Source: Candidatus Micrarchaeota archaeon (GTDB lineage Archaea; Micrarchaeota; Micrarchaeia; Anstonellales; Bilamarchaeaceae). Taken from it: 64,000 nucleotides of DNA. The notes under the pieces are model-generated. The model ran no database searches, was not told the DNA's origin, and saw nothing but the letters and a program-made list of their open reading frames with translations. The stretch lies in assembly GCA_041694885.1 (NCBI GenBank), contig JBGFRX010000005.1:1-64000 (forward strand), read 5' to 3'. The stretch's first letter is position 1, and every line of letters begins with the position of its first letter. Position numbers and translations under genes: made by a program. This document shows, one piece after another, positions 1 through 10,188 of this stretch.

Positions 1-58
1 GCGCAACTCCTACTATTCCCCTTATCGCACGATCCAGGTCGCCTATGTTTTTTTCCAT
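1..58 (-). CDS. 5' end of DUF2892 (YgaP-like) membrane protein, runs off window
   Basis: Read manually: MEKNIGDLDRAIRGIVGVA, typical N-x-G-x-x-D-R-x-x-R start; AGGTGA SD upstream. Confidence 0.7.
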   Translation of the reverse strand, partial: MEKNIGDLDRAIRGIVGVA

Positions 59-155
59 TATTCTCACCTTTGGCTTCGCAAGGAATGCTGCCACTACCAT
101 TAAAAACTTTTCGTCGAGGTGCTCTGTTCCTGTATTGAAAAAAAGCGGAAAAAAA

Positions 156-1028
156 TTATAAAAACTCCCCTATCGCCTTCCCTATGGCCTCGCGAGCGAC
201 TTCGTGCATCACTAACGGTTTGTCTTTGAGCTGGGGGCTTTCCTCCTCGTAAGTGGGCCTTTCCTCCTTGTAGAACACGCCTATTGGGATTTTGGCATAA
301 TTGGAATTCATTTCCTCGAACGCCTTCTCGAGCGCTGCTGTTTTGTTTTTCGGATCGTGATTCACCGCATCCAGTTTGTAAACCCTCTGCTGCCACCACT
401 GGAAAGTATTCAGTTTGTTGAAAGTGACGCAAGGCTGCAAAACGTCCACAAGAGCGAAGCCCTTGTGCGATATCGCCTGCTTCATTATCTCCTTCATGTG
501 CATTATGTCTCCTGCGAATGCGCGGGCTACGAATGTTCCTCCTCCTGCCAACGCGACTGCGAGCGGGTTGAACTGCACCTCCAAATTCCCATGAGGAGTG
601 GATTTCGTCTTCATCCCTTTTTGGGAAGTGGGAGCTACCTGACCAGTGGTCAGCCCATAGACCGCATTGTCGTGCACTATGTAGGTCATGTCTATGTTAC
701 GCCGGAACGAATGGAGGAAATGTGCTGAGCCAATTCCATATCCGTCCCCATCTCCACCCTCTGCAATGACTGTGAGCGAATGGTTAGCCAATTTGATTCC
801 TGAGGCAACAGGTATGCTCCTTCCGTGCAGCGACTCGTATCCGTACGTATTAATATAGTGGTTGCTTTTTCCCGAGCAGCCAATTCCTGTAGCCATAACG
901 ACTTTTTCCCTCGGGATTCCGAGCTCGGAGAGCGCACCCTTGAGCGCCATGTGTATACTGTAGTCCCCGCATCCCGGGCACCATTGCGGCTTCTCCTTTG
1001 TCGTCAATTCCTGTATTGCGGACATCAT
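156..1028 (-). CDS. korB: 2-oxoacid:ferredoxin oxidoreductase beta subunit
   Basis: WCPGCG, GIGCS, LHGR, GGDGD, DNAVYGLTTGQ, LQPCVTFN motifs. Confidence 0.95.
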   Translation of the reverse strand: MMSAIQELTTKEKPQWCPGCGDYSIHMALKGALSELGIPREKVVMATGIGCSGKSNHYINTYGYESLHGRSIPVASGIKLANHSLTVIAEGGDGDGYGIGSAHFLHSFRRNIDMTYIVHDNAVYGLTTGQVAPTSQKGMKTKSTPHGNLEVQFNPLAVALAGGGTFVARAFAGDIMHMKEIMKQAISHKGFALVDVLQPCVTFNKLNTFQWWQQRVYKLDAVNHDPKNKTAALEKAFEEMNSNYAKIPIGVFYKEERPTYEEESPQLKDKPLVMHEVAREAIGKAIGEFL

Positions 1029-1039
1029 GATCACTGCTT

Positions 1040-2908
1040 TCAGTTTTGGGTTTCGCGTTTTGGAACAGGGGGCTCGGAACCCTGAACCCGCTGTGCCTGG
1101 AGGTAGTCGTATGCGAAATCGTCCACAAAGCGCACGACCTTCTTTCCTTTCCAGTCATTAGCCGTGAGCTTCTTCACCTGTTCCGCTATTTCCTCTGCGA
1201 AGAACTGCCTCGCATCGTACTTGAGGAATTTGAAATCGAGCCTTATGCCAGCATACTCGCGGAGCACTCCTGCGAACTGGGCAGTGCTGTTGTTCTCCAC
1301 CATTATTGTTTTTTTGAATTTTTTGAATATCTTCTTCAATTCCTTCGCGTTTAGCGGGAAGACATATATGAAATGGAGCACATTGGTAATTATCCCCTCC
1401 TTTTCAAGGGCTTTCATCGCGTCCAGCGCGATTCCTTTGTGTGAGCCCCAGCACACCAGCGTGATTTCAGCATTCTCAGGACCATAAAGCCGGGGCATCT
1501 CCACCTCGTTCTTTATTATCGCTTCCAATTTGCGCATGCGTTTGTCAGCCATCGCCGCACGCATTGGGAAATTCTCGGTGCTGTATCCGCTTTCGTCGTG
1601 CTCATACGAGCTCGCGACGTGAAGGCCTCCTTTCACCCCTGGAATCGGACGGGGTGAAATCCCATCCTTTGTTAACGCATATCTTTTGTAGCGCGTGGAA
1701 AGGGGAAGGTCCTTCATGTCCTGGGTTATCATCTTCCCCCGTTCTATTCTCACCGCGAATGCATCGAATTTCGTGCACGAGAAGTACGTTTCCGAAAGGT
1801 ACTTGTCGCTCAGCACCACAACCGGAAGCTGGTATTTGTCCGCGATGTTGAGTGCTTTTGCGCTGTGCACGAATGCCTCGTGCATGTCTCCAGGAGCTAT
1901 GAGCACCCTTGGGAATTCCCCCTGGCTCGCGTTGAGCGCGAACTTCAAATCCGCCTGCTCAGTCCACGTAGGCATTCCTGTGCTCGGTCCGGTTCTCTGC
2001 GCAAGGAAAATCGTGATTGGAGTTTCGGCCATTGCAGCCATTCCCATCCCCTCCACCATCAGGGAGAAGCCGCCTCCGCTCGTTCCTGTTGCCGCGCGCA
2101 CTCCTGCATAGGAGGCGCCTGAAGCGTAAAGCACTGCCGCAATTTCGTCCTCGGTCTGCTTCACCAAAACGTCCAGATCGTGCTCCTTCTGCGCAAGGTA
2201 ATGGAGTATTGTGGATGAAGGGGTCATGGGGTATGCCGAATAGAACTTGAGACCTCCTGCTGCTGCACCCAATGCGAGTGCCTCGTTCCCGGTTATCACC
2301 ATCTTCCTTCCGTCGCTCTTCTTCTTCATCTTGTACCCGAAACCCTCCGCCTCGCCTTTGTGGTTTGCGAGCACGTAATCGTAGCCCGCCTTCGCTATCT
2401 TCACGTTCTGGTCTATAACCTGCTGGCCCTTTTTTGTGAAGGTCTCTGCGAGCACGTGCTCAAGGAGAGAAATATCATAGCCCATAATCGCGAGCGAGGC
2501 GCCCAGCGCGATCGTGTTCCGCATTATCATGTTCCCGCCGTTGTCGATAGCCAGTTTGAGCAGGGGAACATCGAATTTTTTTATGTCCTGTCTCAATTCG
2601 TTCTGCTCGATTTTGGTTGTGCTGCCATCGTAGATTATCGCGCCGTTCTCTCTTACCTGCTCCTTGTGGAAATCCACTGTTGGCCTGTTCAGGCAGACCA
2701 CGAGGTGGTTGGTTTTCGAGGGCGAATTTACTCCGTCGTCGCTTACCCTTATCTGGAACGTGTTTTCCCCCCCTCGTATAAGTGATGGATATTCCGGATA
2801 GCCCACCACGTCCAGCCCGCCGCGAGTGAAGACCTTGCACATCGTAAGCCCGGAAGCCATTATGCCCATTCCTGCTTCGCCGCCTATCTTCCATATGAAT
2901 TCAGCCAT
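1040..2908 (-). CDS. korA: 2-oxoacid:ferredoxin oxidoreductase alpha subunit (gamma-alpha fusion)
   Basis: IGGEAGMG, YPSLIRGG, YPMTPSS, EDEIAA, TSGGGFSLM, QRTGPSTGMPT. Confidence 0.95.
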   Translation of the reverse strand: MAEFIWKIGGEAGMGIMASGLTMCKVFTRGGLDVVGYPEYPSLIRGGENTFQIRVSDDGVNSPSKTNHLVVCLNRPTVDFHKEQVRENGAIIYDGSTTKIEQNELRQDIKKFDVPLLKLAIDNGGNMIMRNTIALGASLAIMGYDISLLEHVLAETFTKKGQQVIDQNVKIAKAGYDYVLANHKGEAEGFGYKMKKKSDGRKMVITGNEALALGAAAGGLKFYSAYPMTPSSTILHYLAQKEHDLDVLVKQTEDEIAAVLYASGASYAGVRAATGTSGGGFSLMVEGMGMAAMAETPITIFLAQRTGPSTGMPTWTEQADLKFALNASQGEFPRVLIAPGDMHEAFVHSAKALNIADKYQLPVVVLSDKYLSETYFSCTKFDAFAVRIERGKMITQDMKDLPLSTRYKRYALTKDGISPRPIPGVKGGLHVASSYEHDESGYSTENFPMRAAMADKRMRKLEAIIKNEVEMPRLYGPENAEITLVCWGSHKGIALDAMKALEKEGIITNVLHFIYVFPLNAKELKKIFKKFKKTIMVENNSTAQFAGVLREYAGIRLDFKFLKYDARQFFAEEIAEQVKKLTANDWKGKKVVRFVDDFAYDYLQAQRVQGSEPPVPKRETQN

Positions 2909-3104
2909 AATGTACCCTCGTCAAAAGTGAATTTTTCAAGCGCCTTTCCCAACAGGAAAGTGAGTTAGGGAAAAGCATTTATAAAATTACCTAAACGGGG
3001 TTCGGCAATTGCCGTTAGCGCTTCTCGGGAATCGGGTAATTGAGCGCAGCATTCACGATTTTTATTTGACGCAGCTGGGGCATAGCACAGCAGCACGCGG
3101 CTAA

Positions 3105-3659
3105 TTACTTTACTCTGAGCAAATCCGCCTTTGTGACTATTCCTACTGTTTTCCCTTTTTTCATTATGAGCACCGCGCGGTTGTAGTTCAGGAGCTCGAG
3201 CAGGAGACGGTATGGCGCATCCTCTTTCACCATTGGGAACGAATCGGCCATGACTTCGCGCACCCTGAGCTCCTGCACGCGCCTGCTGCCTTTGTATTCG
3301 GAAAGGAAATGCACTATGCTGTCTTCACTCACGCTTCCAATTACGTTTTCGCGCTCGAGTACCGGCAATTGCTCTATATTTTTGCCCTTCATCGTCCTTA
3401 ACACATCACCCAGCTTCTCCCCGGGTTCTGCGAAAATGACGCGCGGGTTCATTATATCTTTTGCGCGCACGTTCTCCTCGTGCTCCATGTCCTCAAGCGA
3501 CTCGAACAGCCGCTTCACCACGTAATAGCCCGGCTCGATTTTTCCTGATTCGAGCTTTGCGACCAGGCTCTGGGAAACGTCCGCGATATCCGCAAGGCGC
3601 TTTTGGGTGAGGCTGAGGCGCAGCCGCCTTTTCTTTATTTCGGAAAGTTCCGGGAGCAT
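3105..3659 (-). CDS. XRE-type HTH + CBS-domain transcriptional regulator
   Basis: LTQKRLADIADVSQSLVAKLESG HTH followed by a CBS pair ending GIVTKADLL. Confidence 0.9.
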   Translation of the reverse strand: MLPELSEIKKRRLRLSLTQKRLADIADVSQSLVAKLESGKIEPGYYVVKRLFESLEDMEHEENVRAKDIMNPRVIFAEPGEKLGDVLRTMKGKNIEQLPVLERENVIGSVSEDSIVHFLSEYKGSRRVQELRVREVMADSFPMVKEDAPYRLLLELLNYNRAVLIMKKGKTVGIVTKADLLRVK

Positions 3660-3850
3660 GAGGGTATTACTAACAGAATAAATTTAAAGGCAGATATTCT
3701 TTTTGGAAAGGACATTTTTGAATCAACTGCTTCTGGAAGAAAAAGGAATTTTGAGAAGAATAATTCCAGGATATCTGGATTTGTTGATTATTGGATTAAG
3801 CCCAAAAACTGCGATAATTTTATTAAACCCGTGCTCTCCTATATGTTCCC

Positions 3851-5449
3851 ATGTCCGGAGCGAAATACATAGTCATAACAGGTTCCATAATGTCCGGCCT
3901 GGGAAAAGGCATAGTAACTTCTTCCATAGCGAAAATCCTCCAGATGAGGGGCTATAGGGTCTTTCCCCTCAAGTTCGACGGCTATCTCAATGTGGACTGC
4001 GGGACCATGAATCCATTCAGGCACGGAGAAGTATTTGTCCTTGACGACGGAACCGAAGTGGACATGGATTTCGGAACTTACGAGCGGTTTTTGAACATCT
4101 CCCTCCCTGGAAGCGCTTCCATTACCGGAGGAAAACTTTTCCAGACGATAATCGAAAAGGAAAGGAAAGGCGACTATCTTGGAAGGGACGTGCAGTTCGT
4201 CCCTCACCTGACCGATGAAATAAAGGAAAGAGTTAGGAAATACGCGGACGAAACGAAAGCGGACGTTGTGCTCATTGAGGTCGGGGGAACTGTGGGCGAC
4301 CTCGAGAACGGCTACTTTTTGGAGGCGATGAGGCAGCTCGCGGGTGAGGAGAAAACCCTGTTCGTGCAGCTCACCTATGTCCCGAGCTTGTCTCCCGGAG
4401 AGCAGAAAACCAAGCCCACACAGCACGCTAACCGGCTTTTGCTTTCAATGGGCATAAAGCCTGAAATAGTAATCACGAGGGAACAGGAGGAACTTGGCGA
4501 GGACGCGAAGGAAAAGATAGCGATGTACTGCAATGTGGACAGGGACGCGGTCTTCGACGACCCTCTCGTGGATACTGTTTACGAGCTCCCTCTTGTTTTG
4601 GAAAAGCAGGGGCTTTATGCAGTAGTGGCGCGCAAGCTCGGTTTGGATGATAAAAAGGAGGCCGATTGGGGTGAATGGAGTAAAAGAACCGAAAGGATAA
4701 AGGAGCCGAAACACAATCTCAAGATCGCGCTAATCGGGAAATACACCAAAGTGAAGGACTCGTATGTGAGCATCGCAGAGGCGCTCATACACTCCGGCGC
4801 GGAAGTGAACGCGGGCGTTGCCTGCGACCTCATGGACGCGGAAAGGATTGAGAGGGGAGATACCAGGGAAATCCTGAAGAACTACGACGCCATAATCGTT
4901 CCGGGCGGGTTCGGGAAAAGGGGGGTGGAGGGGAAAATCTCTGCGATAAGGCATGCGAGGGAGGATGGAATTCCTTATCTCGGACTGTGCCTTGGGATGC
5001 AACTCATGACTATCGAATATGCGCGCAATGTTGCGAAAATGGAAAATGCCAATTCAACTGAATTCGACGAAAAAAGCCCTTATCCGGTTATTGACATTCT
5101 TCCTGAGCAGAAGCAGATCGTGAAGAAAGGCGCCACGATGCGACTGGGCGAATACGAGATGAATCTGAAAAAAGGAACTGTTGGTTTCGAGGCGTACGGA
5201 GAGGAGAAGGTCCGCGAACGGCACAGGCACAGGTACGAGGTCAATCCTGAATTCGTCCCCAAACTTTTGGAAGCAGGACTGGTGATTTCCGGAACCCACT
5301 CTAAAAATGAAATTACCGAAATGATTGAGTGGAAGGGGAGTTTCGGGATTGCGACCCAGGCGCATCCTGAACTGAAGAGTCGGCTGGAGAAACCAGCTCC
5401 GCTTTTTGTCGCGCTTCTGAAAGCTGCGCTTAAGAACAAGAAACTATAA
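3851..5449 (+). CDS. pyrG: CTP synthase
   Basis: SGLGKG, GTMNPFRHGEVFV, KTKPTQH, GLCLGMQ, ERHRHRYE, HPE. Confidence 0.97.
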   Translation: MSGAKYIVITGSIMSGLGKGIVTSSIAKILQMRGYRVFPLKFDGYLNVDCGTMNPFRHGEVFVLDDGTEVDMDFGTYERFLNISLPGSASITGGKLFQTIIEKERKGDYLGRDVQFVPHLTDEIKERVRKYADETKADVVLIEVGGTVGDLENGYFLEAMRQLAGEEKTLFVQLTYVPSLSPGEQKTKPTQHANRLLLSMGIKPEIVITREQEELGEDAKEKIAMYCNVDRDAVFDDPLVDTVYELPLVLEKQGLYAVVARKLGLDDKKEADWGEWSKRTERIKEPKHNLKIALIGKYTKVKDSYVSIAEALIHSGAEVNAGVACDLMDAERIERGDTREILKNYDAIIVPGGFGKRGVEGKISAIRHAREDGIPYLGLCLGMQLMTIEYARNVAKMENANSTEFDEKSPYPVIDILPEQKQIVKKGATMRLGEYEMNLKKGTVGFEAYGEEKVRERHRHRYEVNPEFVPKLLEAGLVISGTHSKNEITEMIEWKGSFGIATQAHPELKSRLEKPAPLFVALLKAALKNKKL

Positions 5450-5901
5450 AATAGCGAATTTTTTCTTCACAAAATTGATCGCCTGCTGTGCGAGCCGGAG
5501 CGCCCTCTCAGCATCCGCATCGTCAAATGCCTCGGACGGTATTCCTCCGGGCAGGTCAGCGGGATGGCGCGTCGGAATGTAATTTCGAGAACACCATGCG
5601 ACATCACCTCAACCTTGACTTTTGATTTTGCAGTTGGGCGAGGCGAGCATTTAAAAAGTGTTCGTAGCCAAATAAGTGTGGTGCAAAAATGAAAGGGTGT
5701 TTGCTTCATCGGAAATTGTGAATGCGCAGTATCCTTAGTTGCACTTCTGATTTTTGAAACAAGGCATAAGCATTAGCGGATGCGCTTTTTCTGCTTTTTG
5801 GCAAGGCGCACGCGCGTTTCCGGCAAGTTGCGGCGAAACCGGAAACTCGAGACAAATTTTCTCTCTTTAGATTTGGTAATGGACGAAGAAAAAAACAAAA
5901 A

Positions 5902-6954
5902 ATGGTGATGAAAATGACTAGGAAAATGGATAACATATCCTTGGTGAAAATAGGGAAATTCGACAAAAGGGAAGAAGTGGTGATAGCCATACCGAAGCCG
6001 AACAAGATGGGCAACAAAATCGCCTGGAAACTGCTCGAGGAATCCACGCTTATGGGCAGGTCAAAGGAGCGCGGCGGCCTCATCCCGACTTCGAACCCGA
6101 AATACAAGGTGCTGGAAATACCCTCCACCGACATACCGCTCTACGTGAAAGGCGGGGTCTGCGACCTCGGAATTTGCGGAACTGACATGGTGGTGGAGAC
6201 CGGCATGGTGGACATTCTTGCAGCAGAAAGGGCAAGGAAACGCGATTGGAACAAACGGGTTGCAGAAGCTGCTTCCTTCCTCTATAAGCTCGCGGATATA
6301 GGAAAGGAGATAAGGTTTTGCGTGGTTGCAGGAGCAGATAGAGCCGGCGAACCCGTGTTCTGGCTGAATGGCAGGCTCGTGGGCACCACATTCCCGAATA
6401 TAGCCAAGGGATTCCTCACCAACCAGGGAGTCCGGGCAAATTACGTAATGCTCGGCGGCTCGGTGGAGCAGGCATACTTAGAGGGGATAATAGATGCGGG
6501 AACAGATCAAGTCGAGACAGGAAACTCGCTGAAAAAAGCAGGCATGGGCGTAATAGCGGAAATCCTCAAGACGCAATACTGCCTTTGGGCAAACAAGCAG
6601 GCGTATGGACTGAAAAGTGCGCTCATAGACCAGTTCGTCACCATAACAGCAGGGGTGCTTTCCGCAAAAAGGGACTACATACTGAGTGGAGGGGACAACG
6701 GCAAACTCAACAGCGGCAAAAAACTTCTTAAATTCAATGTGCCGCCTAAGAGCAAAGGAACAATAGATGGAGCTGTAGAAAAGGGCGAAATACCATGCAG
6801 CAAAAGCCCCACAGAATCTCCGCTCAGAGCGCCCGGTTGGTTCGGCTACGAAGTGGTTGTGGAGACGTCGCAGCTCATGACCACCCTTTCAACACTGAAA
6901 AAGACCGGAGCCCAGGACATCGTCTGGAAAAACCTTGATGGGTATGTGAAATGA
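5902..6954 (+). CDS. hisG: ATP phosphoribosyltransferase, long form (divergent)
   Basis: DIPLYV..G.CDLGICGTD, TTFPNIA, GGSVE, DQVETGNSLK, C-terminal SPTESPL...LKKTGAQDI regulatory domain; start codon uncertain. Confidence 0.88.
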   Translation: MVMKMTRKMDNISLVKIGKFDKREEVVIAIPKPNKMGNKIAWKLLEESTLMGRSKERGGLIPTSNPKYKVLEIPSTDIPLYVKGGVCDLGICGTDMVVETGMVDILAAERARKRDWNKRVAEAASFLYKLADIGKEIRFCVVAGADRAGEPVFWLNGRLVGTTFPNIAKGFLTNQGVRANYVMLGGSVEQAYLEGIIDAGTDQVETGNSLKKAGMGVIAEILKTQYCLWANKQAYGLKSALIDQFVTITAGVLSAKRDYILSGGDNGKLNSGKKLLKFNVPPKSKGTIDGAVEKGEIPCSKSPTESPLRAPGWFGYEVVVETSQLMTTLSTLKKTGAQDIVWKNLDGYVK

Positions 6955-7033
6955 AAACTTTCAGCCTATCCGCAGGAGAAAAAGAGCAAATTCCTTTTTT
7001 TTATTTATGTTTAAATGGGTTGCGAGCGGGAAA

Positions 7034-7247
7034 TCCAGCAGATGCGGCCAAATCCTTAGGATATGCCTCTGTCAAAGAGAACATATTGCTGCCCGGTTTG
7101 CGGCAGCCTGGATAAGGATATAAATGCTGCAATGAATATACTCAACAGAGCTACGGCCGGAATGGCCGGAACTAACGCTTGTGGAGATGGAAGCAAAATT
7201 CCATCAGCGAAGCAGGAAGCCAAGGGCTGAAGCCCTTGGTAATTCAC
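7034..7247 (+). mobile_element. tnpB: IS200/IS605-family tnpB 3' remnant with right end (omega-RNA region)
   Basis: Manual translation SSRCGQI/(frameshift)DMPLSKRTYCCPVCGSLDKDINAAMNILNRATAGMAGTNACGD (TnpB Zn finger + D-x-D-x-NAA-x-NI), then GAAGC-CAAGGGC tgaa GCCCTTGG hairpin and terminal TTCAC at 7243-7247. Confidence 0.88.
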
Positions 7248-7320
7248 AAACATTGTACGATAGATGATTGCAGGACAAAAGAAAGCGAAACCGAAGAGAG
7301 GAAACAGGCTGATGATTACT

Positions 7321-8595
7321 ATGGTGGAAAAGCTGACCCCGAAAGGGATGAGGGACTTTCTTCCCGAAGAGATGATTGCGAGAGAGCAGGTGCTGGAACA
7401 GGTAGTTCGTGTTTTCCGGCTTTACGGATTCAGGCCGCTGGACACACCTGCGCTTGAATATATGAGCACGCTCAGGGCAATGAGCGGGGAGGAAATTGCT
7501 GGCCAGATTTTCAAAATAGAGGACGATGAAATAGGGTTGAGATTCGACCTTACTGTTCCACTTGCGCGCATTGCTTCGAACAGCGCGATTCCAAAGCCGT
7601 TCAAGCGATATTGCATTTCAACAGTGTGGAGGAAGGAAGAGCCGCAGAAAGGCAGGATGAGGGAGTTCTGGCAGGCGGACGCGGATATAATCGGAAGCAA
7701 GAGTATGAGAAGCGAAGCCGAACTTTTGAAGATTGCGAACAGCGCGCTCCTTGCGCTTGGATTCGAAAAGCCCAGATTCCTGCTGAACAACAGGAAGATT
7801 CTTGATGCGCTTGCAGCGAAAATTGGTTTTGAAAGCGAGAAGGAGATTGTTTTCCGCCTCCTGGACAAGATGGACAAGCTCGGGAAGGAAAAGGTGCGCG
7901 AGGATTTGGAAAAATTGGTTGGAAAGGAGAAAGGAGATATGTTGTTTGATGCGCTTACCGCAGAAGGAACGAACGCGGAAAAGATTGCTGCGGCGAAAAA
8001 GATAAGCGAGGGGGGCGCAGGGGAGCTGGAGGAAATAGTTGCGAATGCGAACGGTTTGGATGTTGAAGTTGATTTCTTCCTCGTGCGCGGCCTGGGATAT
8101 TACACCGGCCCCGTATTCGAGATAAAATTAGGAAACGAGATCGGAAGCGTTGGAGGCGGGGGAAGGTACGACAACCTGCTTGCACTTTATGGGCAGGGTG
8201 ATTACGCAACCGGGATAAGTTTGGGAATAGAGCGGCTCATGTACCTGATTGAGAAGATGGATGCGAAAGAAAAGTGTGGAAAAAAGACCTACACTAAGGT
8301 GTTTGTCGCATCAGTGAAGGGCTTTTACGTGCAGAGCGCTGCGATTGCCGAAGAGTTCAGGAAAAACGGGATTGCCGCTGAAGTTGATTTGAACGAAAGG
8401 AATTTGGGCAAGCAATTTGATTATGCGAACTCGCTCGGAATAAACTATGTTGCAATAGTGGGCGAAAAGGAAGCAAAGGAAGGCAAAATAACGCTGCGCG
8501 ATATGGAAACAGGAGAGGAAAAAATGGTGACTGCGAAGGAGGCAACAGTTATGATTTCCGGCAAATGGGCATATGAGAATGGTGAGGGCGGTTAG
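7321..8595 (+). CDS. hisS: Histidine--tRNA ligase
   Basis: PKGMRDF, LRFDLTVPLAR, PQKGRMREFWQAD, RGLGYYTG, GGGRYD, anticodon-binding domain. Confidence 0.97.
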   Translation: MVEKLTPKGMRDFLPEEMIAREQVLEQVVRVFRLYGFRPLDTPALEYMSTLRAMSGEEIAGQIFKIEDDEIGLRFDLTVPLARIASNSAIPKPFKRYCISTVWRKEEPQKGRMREFWQADADIIGSKSMRSEAELLKIANSALLALGFEKPRFLLNNRKILDALAAKIGFESEKEIVFRLLDKMDKLGKEKVREDLEKLVGKEKGDMLFDALTAEGTNAEKIAAAKKISEGGAGELEEIVANANGLDVEVDFFLVRGLGYYTGPVFEIKLGNEIGSVGGGGRYDNLLALYGQGDYATGISLGIERLMYLIEKMDAKEKCGKKTYTKVFVASVKGFYVQSAAIAEEFRKNGIAAEVDLNERNLGKQFDYANSLGINYVAIVGEKEAKEGKITLRDMETGEEKMVTAKEATVMISGKWAYENGEGG

Positions 8596-8618
8596 ACAAA
8601 TAATGCGGGGTTGACTTG

Positions 8619-9923
8619 ATGAAGCAGTTTGGAGAAAAAATATCCCTTATAGTGCCTGCAATAATAATAGGGCTTTTCGTCTTCCTTTTCATCTCAATAG
8701 TTAGAACGAGCATATTTGGCCAGGTGGAAGGGGAAAAACATTTGTTTTTCGAAATAAGCTTCCTTCTCCTGCTTGCGATGGCCGCTGAGCTTGCAGTCGT
8801 TTACCTTAAACAGCCCTCCGTGGTTCTGCTTCTCTTAATAGGCGTTCTCCTCAGCTCGAGTTTTGTGGAGAGCGTGTGGCCCGCGCTTTCGCAGACAGTG
8901 CCTCTCTTCCCAAAAACCATTCCGAATTTCGTGACAGATGAAAAACTCATTCATGTGTTTGGGCAGCTTGGAGCTATTTTCATACTTCTCAAGGTAGGGC
9001 TGGATGTCAAATTCGGGAAAATATTCAATATAGAGAACGGCGTGGTTGGGCTGCTCGGGGTGGTAATCCCGTTTGTTGCCGGCTATCTCTACGCAACGCT
9101 CACTGGCGGAAATATTATCTATGGAATGTTCTTGGGCGCAGCGCTCGTTGCCACGAGCATAGGAATCACGGCCGCGCTCCTGAGGGAATACGGCCTTCTG
9201 AATACGCGGCTTGCGGAGGTGATTCTGGGCGCTGCTATCATAGATGACGTGCTGGGGCTTCTTGTGCTCTCCTTTGTGTCGGTATTTTCAGGTGGTTCTG
9301 CAGATGTTTTTTTGCTTGCTCCTGTGATTTTCAACACCGTGATATTCCTTACAGGAGGGGTGCTCGCAGGAAAATATTTCGTGAGGAAGTTCGTGGATGC
9401 GAACGCTATGGATTCAAAGAATCTGCTTGTGGTTCTTTCCTTTGCGTTCGTTTATTCATACATTTCAGAGTACATCGGACTTTCGAGCATAGTGGGCGCA
9501 TTTCTGGCAGGCATAATACTCAACTCGAGCAAGCACAGGGCTGAAATAGACAAGAAGACGAGCGGAATAGAATTGATTTTTGCGCCCATGTTCTTTATCT
9601 CGCTCGGAATGCTGGTGGATGTTGGCGCGCTAGGAGAATTTTTGGTTCCGATCATAGCAATCACTGTGATTGCGATTGCGAGCAAATTGATCGGGTGCGG
9701 CCTGGGAGGACTTGCGATTGGACTGAAACAGACTGAAAGCGCTGCGGTTGGGATAGGCATGGCACCCCGGGGGGAAGTGGCACTCATCGTAGGGCTTATA
9801 GGGCTCACGAAGGGAGCACTTGATTCGGAACAATATACGATAATAGCTGCAATGGCTTTCCTTACTGCATTCCTGGTGCCTTTTCTTATGCAGCCGCTTT
9901 TGAGAAAAATTAAGCGTGATTGA
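8619..9923 (+). CDS. Cation:proton antiporter (CPA2 / NapA-Kef family)
   Basis: Multi-TM; ATSIGI, AAIIDD, GAFLAG, MAPRGEVAL motifs. Confidence 0.9.
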   Translation: MKQFGEKISLIVPAIIIGLFVFLFISIVRTSIFGQVEGEKHLFFEISFLLLLAMAAELAVVYLKQPSVVLLLLIGVLLSSSFVESVWPALSQTVPLFPKTIPNFVTDEKLIHVFGQLGAIFILLKVGLDVKFGKIFNIENGVVGLLGVVIPFVAGYLYATLTGGNIIYGMFLGAALVATSIGITAALLREYGLLNTRLAEVILGAAIIDDVLGLLVLSFVSVFSGGSADVFLLAPVIFNTVIFLTGGVLAGKYFVRKFVDANAMDSKNLLVVLSFAFVYSYISEYIGLSSIVGAFLAGIILNSSKHRAEIDKKTSGIELIFAPMFFISLGMLVDVGALGEFLVPIIAITVIAIASKLIGCGLGGLAIGLKQTESAAVGIGMAPRGEVALIVGLIGLTKGALDSEQYTIIAAMAFLTAFLVPFLMQPLLRKIKRD

Positions 9924-10026
9924 GCTTACTTTTGTACCAGAGTTATTGTTTAGACAATAATAGTGATACCTTTGAGCGACCTGCAGTTTATTATTGTTAC
10001 CGGTGATTTATCTCTCTCAACTACTC

Positions 10027-10125
10027 GCTCCCATAGTCTAGGCCGGTCAAGGACATCGGACTCTCAATCCTGCCAAAAGCAGGAAGGGAACTCCGAGAAC
10101 TCGAGTTCAAATCTCGATGGGAGCG
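10027..10125 (+). tRNA. tRNA-Glu(CTC) with 24-nt intron at 37/38 (10067-10090)
   Basis: GCTCCCA/TGGGAGC acceptor stem, TCGGA/TCCGA anticodon stem, anticodon CTC 10063-10065, TTCAAAT T-loop; intron forms bulge-helix-bulge (CTCT/AGGG helix, CAA and AAC bulges, TCCTGC/GCAGGA stem). Confidence 0.95.
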
Positions 10126-10188
10126 TAGATATTACATATCAGATCTCTATAGTAAAACGAACGGTTTTGTTTTCCATTTTCGTTGGGC

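Noticed and set aside
7264..8595. hisS-like gene next to hisG being HisZ
   Set aside because: Retains YYTG, GGGRYD and the anticodon-binding domain; HisG is the long form, which does not need HisZ
9943..9960. Palindrome TTATTGT-ttag-ACAATAA after the antiporter gene
   Set aside because: Single AT-rich instance; cannot distinguish terminator, operator or chance
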